From: Oikopleura dioica
Taxonomy: Eukaryota; Animalia; Chordata
DNA: 64,000 nucleotides
Assembly: GCA_907165135.1 (NCBI GenBank)
Contig: OU015566.1
Span: 14,198,001 to 14,262,000 of the forward strand
Direction: 5' to 3'
A program made the position numbers and the translations under genes. Positions 12,101-25,038 of the stretch are shown piece by piece (within the stretch, counting starts at the first letter, position 1; each line of letters begins with the position of its first letter). A model generated the notes under the pieces. That model was not told the origin of the DNA. It was given only the letters and a program-made list of their open reading frames with translations, and made no database searches.

Positions 12101-15100
12101 ATTTTAAGACAGTTTAACCCTTTTTCTAACAACATTTTAAAGGAAATTGTCCAATCATAAAAAATGATAACGTAATCGAAGCGCTCGAAAACTGGAAGTC
12201 GAAAATCGCGGATCGGCCAAAATCAAGGAAGAAAAATTCGAAATGTGATGAATATACTGACTGTTATCGTCTTCTTTTTACTCGTTTTTTGTTGTCAATA
12301 AATTAAATATTCTTTCTTATCAAAAATATGATCGAAAAATATCATTTTTGACGATGACTTTTTGATTAGGATAGCTCGCGCCGTCGCGGGTCGAAAATAC
12401 TGAAGCAGGGCAGGAAAAGCATCAAAATCTCGCACTTTATAAAATCAAATTCAAATTTTGAAATGAGTCCAGCAGATAAGAGAAATAAAAAGGCTTTAGA
12501 CCTTCGTTTCCTCCTTCTTCTAGTGCAAGGTCATCATCATCTTCCAGCTCGAGCACATCTTTTGAAAAAAATGAAGTAAGATTATTATAGATTTGCATTT
12601 TTAGATTTTGATAACAAACTTAGACCCGAACACATATTTTTTCTAATACATTACGATCACTAAATTTAGTTTACAAACATGTTTGTCAATTACTTCAAAT
12701 TGTGCCAGCTTGTCAACGATGTTGTCACCCATTCTCAGAATTGTAGAAATGCGTATTTTCTACCAAGGAATGGGATTTCTAAAAATTTAGAATCGGAGCT
12801 TCTGGAATAACCACTTGTTCTTGCCGGTCTTGTATAACCCTAAAAAAGTTTGACCAGTTTGATTGGCGTCGGTTTCAGCATTCAGTTCGCTTGCCAATGC
12901 GGCGAGAAGATACAGTTCAAAACTGTTTCTGAAAATTTCAATAGACAGTTTGCAGCTGGCTGCACTGTTTCCGGAATTCGAACAGTCAATGCTCAAAGAC
13001 TACTCCTGTTTCTCAATTTTGGAGCGGTTTTGAAAAATGGTCAATCAAATAGCGTCAATTTGACTCGATCCGATTCTGCTTTTGGTAAAGTGAGAAAAGA
13101 TGTTCATGTTTCTCTGATGAAAATTTCTGACGAAAATATGAGTTCTTACAAAGCGAAAGCAGAGCGCCGACTTCAGCTTGACGATCCTAATTCGGGAATC
13201 TATTTTGCTGGAGACGGACAATATGAACGGTTCTTATTTATTCGATAAAGTTGTCAAAGAGCATTTTTGCGCTACACTTTCATCTAATGCATTATTTTTC
13301 TGGATGTACCTAACCAGGTCTCCTTTTTTCCCATAATCCATGACAATGTATATTGAACCAAATGATAAGGCAAGAGTTTGAAATGAAAATGATAAAAAAT
13401 CACTATTAGCATTTTACTTTTTTCCAAACTTTCATAAAGTTGACAACGGGATTCAAAAGTTACGCCTGTAGCTATACAACGATGATGGTTCCGCAGAACG
13501 TGACCGACGATGATAGACCAAAGATTATCAGTAATTATGTCCAGAAAAGATCAGACACTTCGAACTGTGATGGACCTGGTCAAATCGCACATTGTAAAGC
13601 CAGTAAGTTCTTTATACCTCAGCCCCCTAGGTGGCAGGAGAATAAATTTATTCTCCTGCCACCTAGGGGGCTTTTTTGCGTTATATGACAGTAATATTAG
13701 ATGAAATGGAATATCTTTCTTTCACAAAAATGGCGACTGATGTTCTTCTCCCACTCCATGAAACCACTTCTAAGCCGCTCCGATTCGCGACGGATGGAGA
13801 CATCAAGTACAAGCATCCTTTGCTTTACACGAAGCATTATTCTCCTGACTCAAAAAAGGCTGGAGATGTTATTCTTTCTGAAGAAGCAATTATTTTTTTG
13901 CGCGACAAAGGTACTTATAATCTTTGGATTTATTTTACTATCAAATTACAGCGCACGTTTTGAAAAACGTCAGTAATCGTGTGGAGACCATTGATAAAAC
14001 AGTAAAGCTGTTTTATCCAAATTGCTTTGGTGGAAACTGTAAACGACGATTCATTCAAGGGTGAGTTCTACGAAAACATTTTTCTTTCAAATTACAATTC
14101 TCACAATTCATTTTGATCGATAAATACTCTTGTTTTCATCAGTGTCTGATGAAAAGTGCGAACACACAGCGTTTTTAGCGAAGTTGGGAAAGACATCATC
14201 ATGAAAAGCGAAAAACGGGTTGACTTTTGACCTTCAGATAAGTCAAAATAAAACGGTTTTGTATTTCACGCTTGGTTTTTAGAGTAACTATTGAAAATGA
14301 ACTCAATTTATATTTTTAGCCTTCAAACTCTTATTGCTCGGTTGATCAAGGAAATTGGAGAAGATGAAGATTTTTATGAAGATGAGACGATTCGAGCTCG
14401 TTTTCGATATTTCATTCAACACTGCAACAACCAGCATGACAACTGTTTGGATCCAGAAAAATGCAGCAGAAAAATCCCGATTTTTGATCGAGAAAGCGCG
14501 AAGAAGAACCCTGATGCACAACTGGCTTCATTCCTTGATGAAATGAAAATTGCGTATTTTGAAAATACCGATTTTTTTAAAATCATGAGAAAATCCGCCT
14601 CGACAAGCTTCGTAGAAGCATTTCATGCCCTGCTCACCTCTCGATCCCTCATCGACAAATCAAAGATAGTGACCGTCTCGACCAGAGTTTGAAAAAATGC
14701 TAAAATCATGCATAAATATGTTAGCTCGAGAGGCCACAGTCTAATTTTTGTTATGAGCGACAGAGTATGAGCAAGGGTCATTTTATGCTCTTTTCATTTC
14801 ATCCTTTTCAGGCTGACTTGGATCAAGGAACAAGCTCGAAAGGACGCTTCTTTACCAGAAATGACGCTCAAGGCTAGAATTCACAAATGGCTTGACCATT
14901 TTTTCAAACTCTGGTTCCGTCTCTTCTCGCTGAAGCATCAGTGTCTGTTGGTACAATAATTTGGAACGAAGGAGAGGCTAATGCTTTTTCCTTGATTTCA
15001 ACAAAACTTGGATTTACGCTCAATGATCCTGTTATCGAAAAATTGCAGTCATTGAAGAAAGCTGCTGATGCTAATCGTCGATCACAAAAGTTGACGAAAA

Positions 15101-16876
15101 TTGAAAATAAGTTCAAAAGAAGGGCGACTCTTGGAACTTATAACAAGACAAGTGTTTATCGAACGAAGCTGGAGAAAGAGCGAAAAGCTGAGAAGGAAAT
15201 TGCTGATCGAGAAGAAAAACGAAAGAAGAAAGAAGTCGAAAATAAAGAAAACTCTGAAAAAGAAAATTAGTCTTTGCTTATCTTTCCTTATTTTTTCCAT
15301 AAATTAGAATATATAAATAATAGTAAAAATATTTTAGTATATTCTCTATGAATAATTTTGATTTCTAAGCACGTGTTTACTGTAAAAATCATGAAAAAAG
15401 ATCAAAACTATTATGGCAGGGATCAACGCTCAACGCAGGAATCGATTAAACTAAAATCGTTTTTTTCTCGATTTTGATTGGCGGATGGAAAAAGTTGTAA
15501 TGATAAGTTTTATTTTGCATGAGCTAAGCTTTAAGAATCTGAAAAGAAAAATTTGAAAATCCGACTTTGAAAATCCTAGTTCTACCCCCTTAACCAAATT
15601 GCGCGACACTGATTTCTGTAATTTACGGTACCTGATGGTGATCGCTTGTTGAAGATTTTGAACAATTTGAAGAAGGTCTTGGCTATTTAATTTCGCGAAC
15701 GCTTTTACTAGTTTTGACTCTTCACAGTTCTCCTCGCTCTCAAGTGCCTAGTCGTTATTTTAGGCGCTTGAATTCAAAAGAAGAGGACTCACGACTGGGA
15801 TGTTATCAGTAAGAGTTTCACAAAGTTCCGGCAGAGCGTTTTCCAAGTACGCGGGAGATGCAATGTGCGGATTGACAAAAGTCATTACCACACTTTCGTA
15901 GTTTTCGAGACTTCTATTGTCTTTCGCGAACATTTTCCAGCGAAATTCCTTGATTCAAGGTCGATAAATTTCCTCCTCATTTTCCCCCCTCTTACTCTTA
16001 TAGCTCTAACAACAGCCCTTTCCGCTGCTCCTCCTTGCTCCTCTACTGCATCGTAGAATCGCCTAAGCCCGTCCCAATCCACCTCTTTCTCGTCGCTTTC
16101 CAATCGGAAGCACCTGATGAGCTTTTGGGCTCTTGAAGAAACGAGTAAGTCACGTGAGTCTTATAGTATTTAGCCTCGGGAAGGCGATTTATCAATTCGC
16201 TCGCATAGAAAATCGGCAATGGCAATTCTATTTTTGGCCACTCTTTTTGAACACGATTTTCGCCGCTGACAGTTCCTGCGGAATCACTTTCCTAAAATGA
16301 AAATGTGTCAGAATTACCGCGAAATTCGCGCTACACACCATTGGAACATGTTCCCCTCCAGATGGGCCAGCCTTCGAAGGATTTCGATTGACATCTTTAG
16401 TCCTGTTCTTCAGCTCCTGGATCGCCTTGGCGCAGGCTGCGTCTGGCGCAAGGCCGTCTTTTAGAAACTGAACGGATAAAATAAAGACCTGCGCAATGAA
16501 AATTGAAGCGGTATCACTATCCAAACTTCGTATAACCGCCGCTCGGTCAGATTCAGGCGATTATCTCCGAGCTCAAGAATCAATTGCGGAAATTTACTTT
16601 CTCAATTGTAAAATTTGAACTTGAGAAAATTGGGTGATATAATATTGATGGAACGAAAAGATCGCACTAAAAGAAAAATAACCAAAAAATAGTGGAAAAA
16701 TGTTCTAGAGCCCAATTTCTAAAGTAAAACCGCCAGAAACGGGAGAAAAAGCCGCTGCCATTTGGAAAAAAGCGAAAAAATAACGCAGTTACTTGTTCAT
16801 AGATCGACTTGAAAAGACGCTTTGTGGCATCTTCCCGGCTGTTCTGCGGTCTTGCGTTGCTAGAGATGCTTTCCAT
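9129..16876 (-). CDS. UBE3A: HECT E3 ubiquitin ligase UBE3A/E6AP (multi-exon)
   Basis: Exons encode [65 protein letters not shown] and [13 protein letters not shown]. They also encode [15 protein letters not shown] and the catalytic end [41 protein letters not shown], all matching E6AP. Confidence 0.92.
11839..15589 (+). mobile_element. Kolobok-type DDE DNA transposon (3751 bp) in a UBE3A intron
   Basis: Perfect 20-bp TIRs GGGGGTAGAACTAGGATTTT (11839-11858) and AAAATCCTAGTTCTACCCCC (15570-15589). TTAA duplicated at 11835-11838 and 15590-15593. Removing the element leaves a ~70-nt GT-AG intron. Confidence 0.9.
12680..15270 (+). CDS. Kolobok/Mutator-like transposase (spliced; possibly disrupted)
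   Basis: Exons give FACQCG, AGDGQYE...[11 protein letters not shown] (cf. GDGRxDSPGxSAKYCTY), ATDGD, RDKAHVLKN (DxxHxxK), HCNNQH, VEAFH and AxxxWNEG...LGF, then a basic C-terminal helix. The junction at ~13230-13440 and a T6 run at ~14900 could not be put in frame canonically. Confidence 0.75.
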
Positions 16877-17349
16877 TCTTTACTGTCACTGATTTTCCTT
16901 GCTTTTTTGACTTGCTATTTCGATTTTACTCAAACAGTCATCTCATGTTCTTCTTTTTACAATCTAAAAAGAAAGAGCATCAGAAATGATTTGAAAGGAT
17001 AGGAGCATAACTTGTTGATTTTATTAATTATTTAATAGTAGTAACATAGACATACAGAATAACTCTTGAAATCAATCTGTGAGGATCATTTAGTGAGGTA
17101 AATAAGCGGGTGAGCAACTTGAACGAAAAGGAGAGGTGAAGAACATGGCATTTTGTTTGTTTGTTTTTGGGTGATATTAATTTTAAGGGATCATGAATTT
17201 TGCTGAATTATAAAAAGCCAGAATTGTAATTTTCGCTAAGAAATCAGAGCGGGATACGCGGCAGTCCACTTTTTATCGATCTCGCTCATTTGTTCTTTTT
17301 TCGGGTTTGATGTTGATAGATGTTGATTTTATGCGTGTTTTACGTTGTT

Positions 17350-20300
17350 TTACGCGATTAGATTATGATATGATCCGAAACCCAAACCTTCTATTTCATG
17401 AAAGAAGAGATTTTTGGTGGATGTTTGGTCAACGGACCGCCAATCAAAGAGCTCATGAACGTGCTTCCTGAAGTTGGTAACGCCGATCGCCGAGGTCTCG
17501 ACTAATCTGTTAATCACTTGTTCATACAGGCGCAGGTTTCTGAAGCTCTCCACGTGCTTAGTCCGCAGGTGAAAAATTCGCTTTGGAATTTCGCCCTTTC
17601 CACGTGACGCTTCCCGAACGAGTTGAAGCACTTCGGAGAAGATTTCGACGCTTTCGTCACACACGGCCTGTAAAAATAGCGTTATCACAATTGCGGTTGC
17701 CGACATGCCACGCTAATATTTTCGCTAAATCGAATTTGTCACAATTCCAAATGTCAAAGGAATGAAATAAAGAGAACTTCACTAGGGTAGGTCAAAATAG
17801 AAATTTTCGAGAAAAAATTGCACTAGCTAAATCACAAAGCAAGAATATATTCAACCACAAATGGCCACTAAAACTCACCTCCGTTGAATTTTCCACAGAG
17901 TTGAGGAGAATTGTTTCTTGTTGAGGCATTTTTTCGACTTCTATAAAACTGGTATCAACAGCTGAATTCATCTCCGGAATGTCGAGAAAGCTCATCAAGT
18001 CGTTTGGCAAGGCAATGCCAGGGTATTCCGGCGGCGTTACTCGGTAGATCTCATTGTCAAACGTCTCTATCGCCTGTTCCCCTGGATCAGGAGCGGTGGA
18101 ATGGCCTTCAGAGGACTGGTATGTTGCGAAGCTTCCAAGACTCGGTTCTGTCCGACTTTTGCGCATTTCAGACGCAAAGTGAGATGGCCTTGACAAAGGA
18201 TTATTCAAAATAAGTGACGTTGATGACATTACGTTAACATTGTACCATGAAAACGACCTTTTCAAAAAAAAAATTATGATCAATCCCGTTCCTTGTTATG
18301 TGTCCGTTCGTTGCGGCAAAGGTCTCGGCATCCGTTGTGAAGCGGTTGAAAAACGGGAGGTTTCGCTGGAGTTTGGTCTCGTTGAGGCTCTGTGAGACGA
18401 GGGGCTCCTCGAGGGGCTTTCCTTCAGGAACGGAGGGCATTTCCGCGCCAGACGAAGCACTGGACAGCACTCGATGGGTTCTCGTTACGGGCCTCAGCAA
18501 ACGGCTTTTCATGGGCGACTGAATAATCCGGGTCAAGGCGCATTACGTTCAAGGAAAATTTAATCGATTCTTCGACGTAATTTTCCAAGTCATCTACCGT
18601 AATAATGAACGTAAAGAGATTATCGATATTATTTTTCGAATGAACTTCAAAAAGAAGATCTTCAACATGCAACTTGCGAATCAAGACGAAATTTGTTTAT
18701 TATTATCTAAGCGTCTGGCCGACGCCTTCGGTTTGAAGGCTCATGTCAAGAAAGATAATGTTAGAAATATTTCAACTCGAAATTCTGAATTCTAATTCCT
18801 CACCATTGGACTCGAGCTGTCGAAACTCTGGTGCCTGGAGATAGTCAATTCCATGGCCGTTGTATCAGAAATGCTCCGTTGTTCCCGGTAAAGTGGTGTT
18901 TTTCCTGATTCGAGTTCGTCGTTCATCGACCACTGGCGGGAGATAGACACTATCAGTGGCCGGTTCTGATCTAACAAGCGGCTTATCGAATGGACCAAAT
19001 GCTCGTTTGAGCGGTTGATCCCATCTGTAGATTGAAACGGATCGTTCAATGAAGCGTTGGAACTGTCGATGTACAGATCTTTGAAAGAATCATCAGGAAA
19101 CGTGCTACTAAAATGGTCTGTTAAAACGGAGTCGTAATAGAGAAGTAGGTCAGCTTGTGGCTCTCTAAACGCATAATTCTCGCCGCGTAAATCCATCCGT
19201 GAAAGAGGATTAACTGCGCAACCCCTTAATAACGAAGCGTAAACTAAATCTCAATCCCACACGGAAAAACCATGCTTGACTCCTAAAAAAGGACTAAAAA
19301 GGCAACTCGGATAAATGCGGCCGCATGAAATCGTGGAAAATAGCATTGGCGACAGGAGCCAACGCGGCGGCATTTTCACTGACCTTGACCAGGAGTCGAC
19401 TGTTGAGTTGCGCTGACGGCGGCCAATGTCTCCAACGAGCCGTTTTTTCACCTTCCATGAAAGATTTGTTTCGTATTCAATGAGATCAGCGCCATACGGT
19501 GACCTGCTGATCCAGTTGACCACATAAAATGCTTTTCGCAAGGTTGACGTCAAATCCGTCAAAAATATTCGTCAAAATTGGCTAATTATTTTTAGTTTTG
19601 AGGTAACACATAGTTATGCTCTAAGCACAGATTTTTTAAAACAAAAATGTCTTGTTTACTTATTAGCCTAGATTTTTCAAAGAACGAGGAGCATAACATA
19701 AGCTGAGGATTAGCAGATTTTGGCGCTCCAACAAAAATTCCCTGGTTTAACATGACATCTTGTCACGTTCCTTCGTTTCCACCGCAAGTCCGCCCTATCT
19801 CCTTCATCTGAAGGGCCCAAAAAGTTTACTAAACAACGTGAACCTCGACCTGTTGCTCTAATAGGCAGCCAATCGTGTTTTAGGTTCTTGATAACGAGCG
19901 GCCAGAGATGCGAAGAGAACACATTGCATCCGAAATTAGTGCTTAGGATTGCACCTGCGCTCCACAAAGCGGATAACCGATCGAGCTCGCTTTCCGGCAA
20001 ATCGGAGGCGACTGGTTGATTGAGTTGAATTACCAGTTCTTTGACGTAGTCCTTTAGTCGCTCCACCCCAAAGGTGTGCGATGCAAGGGAGTGGAGAAGA
20101 TTGTGCGGTAGGTGAACCGGGCGGACGATATTTCGACTAATTTCGGGTTATAATTGGATTCAATAACAGACTGAAATTTCAACGCACGTTCTCAGAAAAC
20201 TGTACTTCCCATGTAGGAAATGTTAGAAACCCGAGTCCCTGAGAACGCTGCGCCTCGGAACTGACTCTTTCTCATAATCCTTGACATCGGATGTCGAGAA

Positions 20301-23300
20301 CGAAACCTTAAGCCTTCCTATGATTTCTTTACTAAACTCATATTGCCCAGTTGTCATCCAGTTATCAAGCATAGAGTCAAGATCAGTAACTCCGCCGAAC
20401 TCTTCTACTTTTTGCGCAATGAATTCGTTCTCAACCAGGACGCATAGAACCTTCTGTCTCAGAGAGAGGTCGAATTCCATGATCATTCCGAGCTCTTGGA
20501 GAGCGTAATTAGCAATTTTTGGGATTCGGATGAATTGCTGAAAGGCAACGAGGGCCGTGTCAGATTGCTGGGGTGATTGGCGGACCAAGCTGAGAGTTTG
20601 CAAGTACAGCCACTTGTCTTTTACGATCCATTCGGCTTTTGCTTCTACCCAGAAAAGGACCAACTCTGACAGGTAATTCTTCAAATGATCAGAAGCGGAA
20701 TCCGCGATGTCTTCAAAAAGCGGCCTGCAATGCGGCTGTGAAAAATCAAAAGCCGACAAAATGAGCTTTTCTAGAGGACAGTTATCATCGTCGAGCATGA
20801 CAGAATCCGAGCTAGAGGAAGAGTTTCTTCGTTTGAAACATTTTCCAAGGTCGTTTATTTGAAATTTGATCGTTTCCATCATCCTCTTCATTCCGGGCCT
20901 TATCGCCCCAATGGCTTTGATATTTGAATCGCATACGATATACGAATACAACAGGGGAAAATAACGGATGAATAAGCAGTTCTGACTCGTCAATTGTTGG
21001 CGAAGGATGAACGGAGATTCGCGGGTCATTTCCACGAGCTTTTCGTAGTAATGATTCAGGATCTCATCGATGATTTCAATTGACCACTCGAATAGCCTGC
21101 TACAGGTGGTTCTTCTCGCTTGAAAATAGAGACACAATGTCCCTAAGAACGAAATGAAACACTCCGCACATTCGATCTTTTTCCCAACTTCCTCTTTTTC
21201 GGTCCAGAGCGGTCCCCACTCAACGTTTTCATCCGCCCAATGAGGATTGATCAAATGTCCTCTGATGCTGTCAACGATGTCTTGAACCTTAATGCCGTTG
21301 GTTGTTTCTAACGTTTCATCCCCATGCGGGAATATTTCGCTCATTTTCTCGTCCATGAATTCTTTCAATTTGCGACTCAGTACAAGCCAATCTGGCGTGT
21401 ACTCGCTCGTGTCCAACTGAAGATCTTCAAGACTAATCAGAAACGCATTTTCTGAGTCTTCACTGGGCTGTCTTTCGAGACTTCCCTTCGTTGGGCTTTT
21501 CGGCGTGCTCCCTACTGACGCAGCTTTTTTCGACCATTTGATAAGTGATCGCTTTCCAAAAGACTTCCTGGAAGAAGCGGTGTTGTCGAAGATGTTAGCA
21601 GTGGTTTTTGATTTGGTGATGTTGAAAATGCCAAGTGATGAGCGCCGTGAACTGGTGTTTGATGAGGTTGGTGCAGGTGTGGGAACGGGAACTGAATTTA
21701 AGTGAGTTTTTTCAAGAAAAAATTGCGTGGCAGTAATCAAAGCGGAATGTTGCGTGTTTTGACACTTGTAAGTCTCGATTCTGGTTGAGCGAAATTTGAT
21801 TACTTTTTGATCTACAGTTCTAGCGCTTCTACACTTTCTGACAACTGTCGTAATATCTTTTGATCTAGGAGGCTTCTAACGCTCAAAGCCATCTGTAGCG
21901 ACAAGTACCATAGATAATCATGTATAGAGGCCGTAATTTAGTGACGTAAAAATACGTACCAGAGAAAATTGGCTTTGGTTTTTGTGTACGAAGTTTGATT
22001 TGATGCTGCAGGTAAATGGATTGCTGAAAGGAGGCCTTCCGCAGTCGGCGGTAATTTTTAAGCCACATGATTGCCTGATGAGCGCGTCGTTGACCCCGGT
22101 CCGTGGAACCTTCCTCGTTTACTATGTGAGTCAGGCGGGAGGTGATTATCTCGCTCGTTGCTAGAAAAGAATGTAAATAGAGAAAAAAGGGAATGAGCTG
22201 GGATAAGTGAGGTTAATTGGAATGAAAAAACGAAGTTGTTATTATTGTAATAAATGCAAATGACTTGAAAGTGGACTTGACTCTTACCGAGAACGAGCAT
22301 TGCTTTATCTGATAATTTGGTCTCTAGGGACGATTCTTTAGGGATTAACTGATTATTTGAACCCGCTTACCGGAAAGAACAGAATTTGAAACGCAATGCG
22401 CAGGAAGATAAAGTGACGTAAGCACATCGATTTCTGCTAGTAACAAGCCTCCTTTGGCCGCTACCACTTCTGACTGAGCGTTTGTGATGAGTTCGATCAG
22501 GTGTTCGACCAAGCGCGCTTCGAGAAAAATTGCTAGGATGAGGATTTTGAAGGATTGTGACAGGTCAAAGTACGTTCCGTCCGTTTCGTAGATGCTCTCT
22601 TTATATCGACTTTCAGCGACGAGGAAGTTCTGGGCGAGACTAAATTCTTGCTCGTCGTCGTAATCTAATTTTTGGCTTGCTGCGACTAAATCGTCAAAGA
22701 TCGTCGAGCACTCTTCCGATTTTTCTTCAATTTCTTCCAGCTCCTGTTCCTGACAGCTGCGGATGTTGAAGACGTCAAAGAGGAGTGTTAAAAGTGAGTC
22801 GAGCAAAATCGTGTCTTCCAAGTTGCAGCAAAATATCGCCAAAAGCTCGGAAATGGAATTGTTAAAGCGGCCGTGGCAAAGATTCGCCAAGCCACGCCAG
22901 TTGCGGAGAAGAGAGGTCAGAGCCAGGCGAGACGCGTTGTATTGGACACCTGAGCATGTTGGAGCTTGGAGAACTGCGCAATCGGAATGCTTGCCTTTTT
23001 CGAAGTGAGGCGAGATCAAATAACTGAAAATTAAATTTCCATGAAATTTGCGTCTTCCCAACCTGAGGTGGTAATCGGCGCTGACGTTGGGCATAAACTG
23101 GATGAGGTGTAAAATTGTGATGACCATCGATTCTGATATGTTTGGACTTGTCCCTGTGATGGTTTTATCCAGCACAGCATCCAACAACACTCTGAAACCA
23201 CCGACTTCGATAACGGAAGTGGGTGCAGCAAAGCTGATTTCGCATAGGATTTCTTTTGTTCGGTTCTTTTTAAAAATGTTTGTGGATGACACAAAACAAT

Positions 23301-24309
23301 TCTGGGACCCCGCCCCGGATGCCCATAATTGAGCGATGGTGGAAAATTTGAACGACAGTATGCTAAGGTTTATAAGAGCCGATTCCTATACAAGGGCGAT
23401 AAAGCTTATCTCGGACAGGTAGCGTGCGTTTCTCAGCGGTATCATGCGTATCGTTGCGTAAGGAATTGTTGATAATTGTGACTAAGGTGATAACAAGTGC
23501 GCGTGGAAGGTGTTTGGGTACGATCTTGAGGAGTTTGCGAATTAGTTTTAGCGCTTGAACTCGATCTTCATATGCTGGATCGTCGTTGTTGTTGTCAAGA
23601 ATTCTGGGAACGCTTGATTGGTGCTCGTTTGAAAAATGTTTTACCTGACGATAAGAGCAGCCATTCCGCGTTGAATGAATACGTCGACATCGCCAGGCGT
23701 ATTCAGGAAATAGCGCAAAAGACGGATGGCGGAAGCGCGGATTTCTTTCTCCCTGATAACCGTTGGAAATTTCAATCCAAATCGAAATTAAATCAACATA
23801 AATAGAAGCTAAATCTGAATCTTTACGTCACTGTTTGTATTTGCACAACGCTGCCTTGATAGTAGGGGCGCACGTAATAGCCATAAAACATCCCCAAATT
23901 CCACCTTACTGTCATAAGGGGTCTAACTGTTCAAGATTCATGGAGAATTGAACAAGTTAGAATTCTGAGACCCCGTTCCTAGGCCATTTTCCTCTGATTC
24001 GAATATACTTTTCACAGGCCTGATTAAAGTGCGCCAAAAACTCCTTTTTCTCATCCAAACTAAGAGCTGCTTCTTGCGTTGAAAGTCTTTTTCTGAGAGA
24101 AATCGTCGTTTGCCTAAGGTGGTGCAAGAGATTTTCTTCTGGCGTCCCGTTCCGGAGCTCCAAATCCCCCTGAAAATTGGTTTAGGGAGTGAGTTATTCT
24201 CTGAGCGTTTTTCCTTGCTGACAGATCTCGCCGAAATGGTCCTAATTCTGCGCCTAAACATCCTGTGCGCGAATTTAGGCAAGTGAGACAACTCAAAATC
24301 ATCCGCCAT
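17350..24309 (-). CDS. RICTOR: Rapamycin-insensitive companion of mTOR (TORC2 subunit)
   Basis: ILCEISFAAPTSVIEVGGFRVLL (cf. IICELALQNPEVVALRGGL), LPHNLLHSLASHTFG, LSALWSAGAILSTNFG (cf. KASLWALGNIGSSNWG), LRKAFYVVNWISRSPYGADLI, and C-terminal EVLQLVRE...RKHVHELF. Confidence 0.88.
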
Positions 24310-25038
24310 CCCCTTTTTTGACGCGGATTGAATATTCCGTCTCTGATTAAAAATTCAAGCTTCTCTCTTTACTCAAGTCAAAGTCTGCTGAGAAAAGTTC
24401 TGATTCTTTGGCAATTTGCCCTTCAGGAGCGATTTTTGTTAATTTTGGCGCAGGCCATTTTTGCTGTGTATTTGAACAAAAAGTTGACACAGGGTCAGAA
24501 GGCGATTCTGATAGTCGGCCAAGATATTTTTTCTTTCAGAATGCAAGCATACTATTCTTGCGAAAGATACACAAAACAAAGAGAGTCTTCGTTGATTTCA
24601 AAAGATTACCTTTGTCAAAGCTTTTGACTCCGCCCGATGAGGCCGCCTTCTGAGCTGCCGAGTTGGGCGGATCATCGATGTCATCTTGGCAATTCAAAAA
24701 TTCTAGTCCATTTTAAATATTTTTCTAAAGCACGATTTCTTGTCTGAAAAAAAAATACCAACAAATATACACCGGAAGAAAATTTAATATTGAAGGAATA
24801 TCATAAACTATTTTTAATAAACTTTGTCTGGCAGACTGTCTGCGAGACATTCTGAGTCTCAAAAAAATGATGGATAAATGTACAAAGTAAAGTCTATTTT
24901 CATCAGAGAAATTTTCTTAGTGGCAATGATCAGGAGGAAAAGGGAGATTTAGCGGTAAAAATAAAATTGATCTGATAGGGGCATTTTTTAATTGAATAGA
25001 ATTGAAGCTAGAAAAACACGCAATTGTTTGTTAGGTTC

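Noticed and set aside
11835-15593. piggyBac assignment based on the TTAA TSD
   Set aside because: The termini are GGGGG rather than CCC, and the transposase motifs are Kolobok/Mutator-like.
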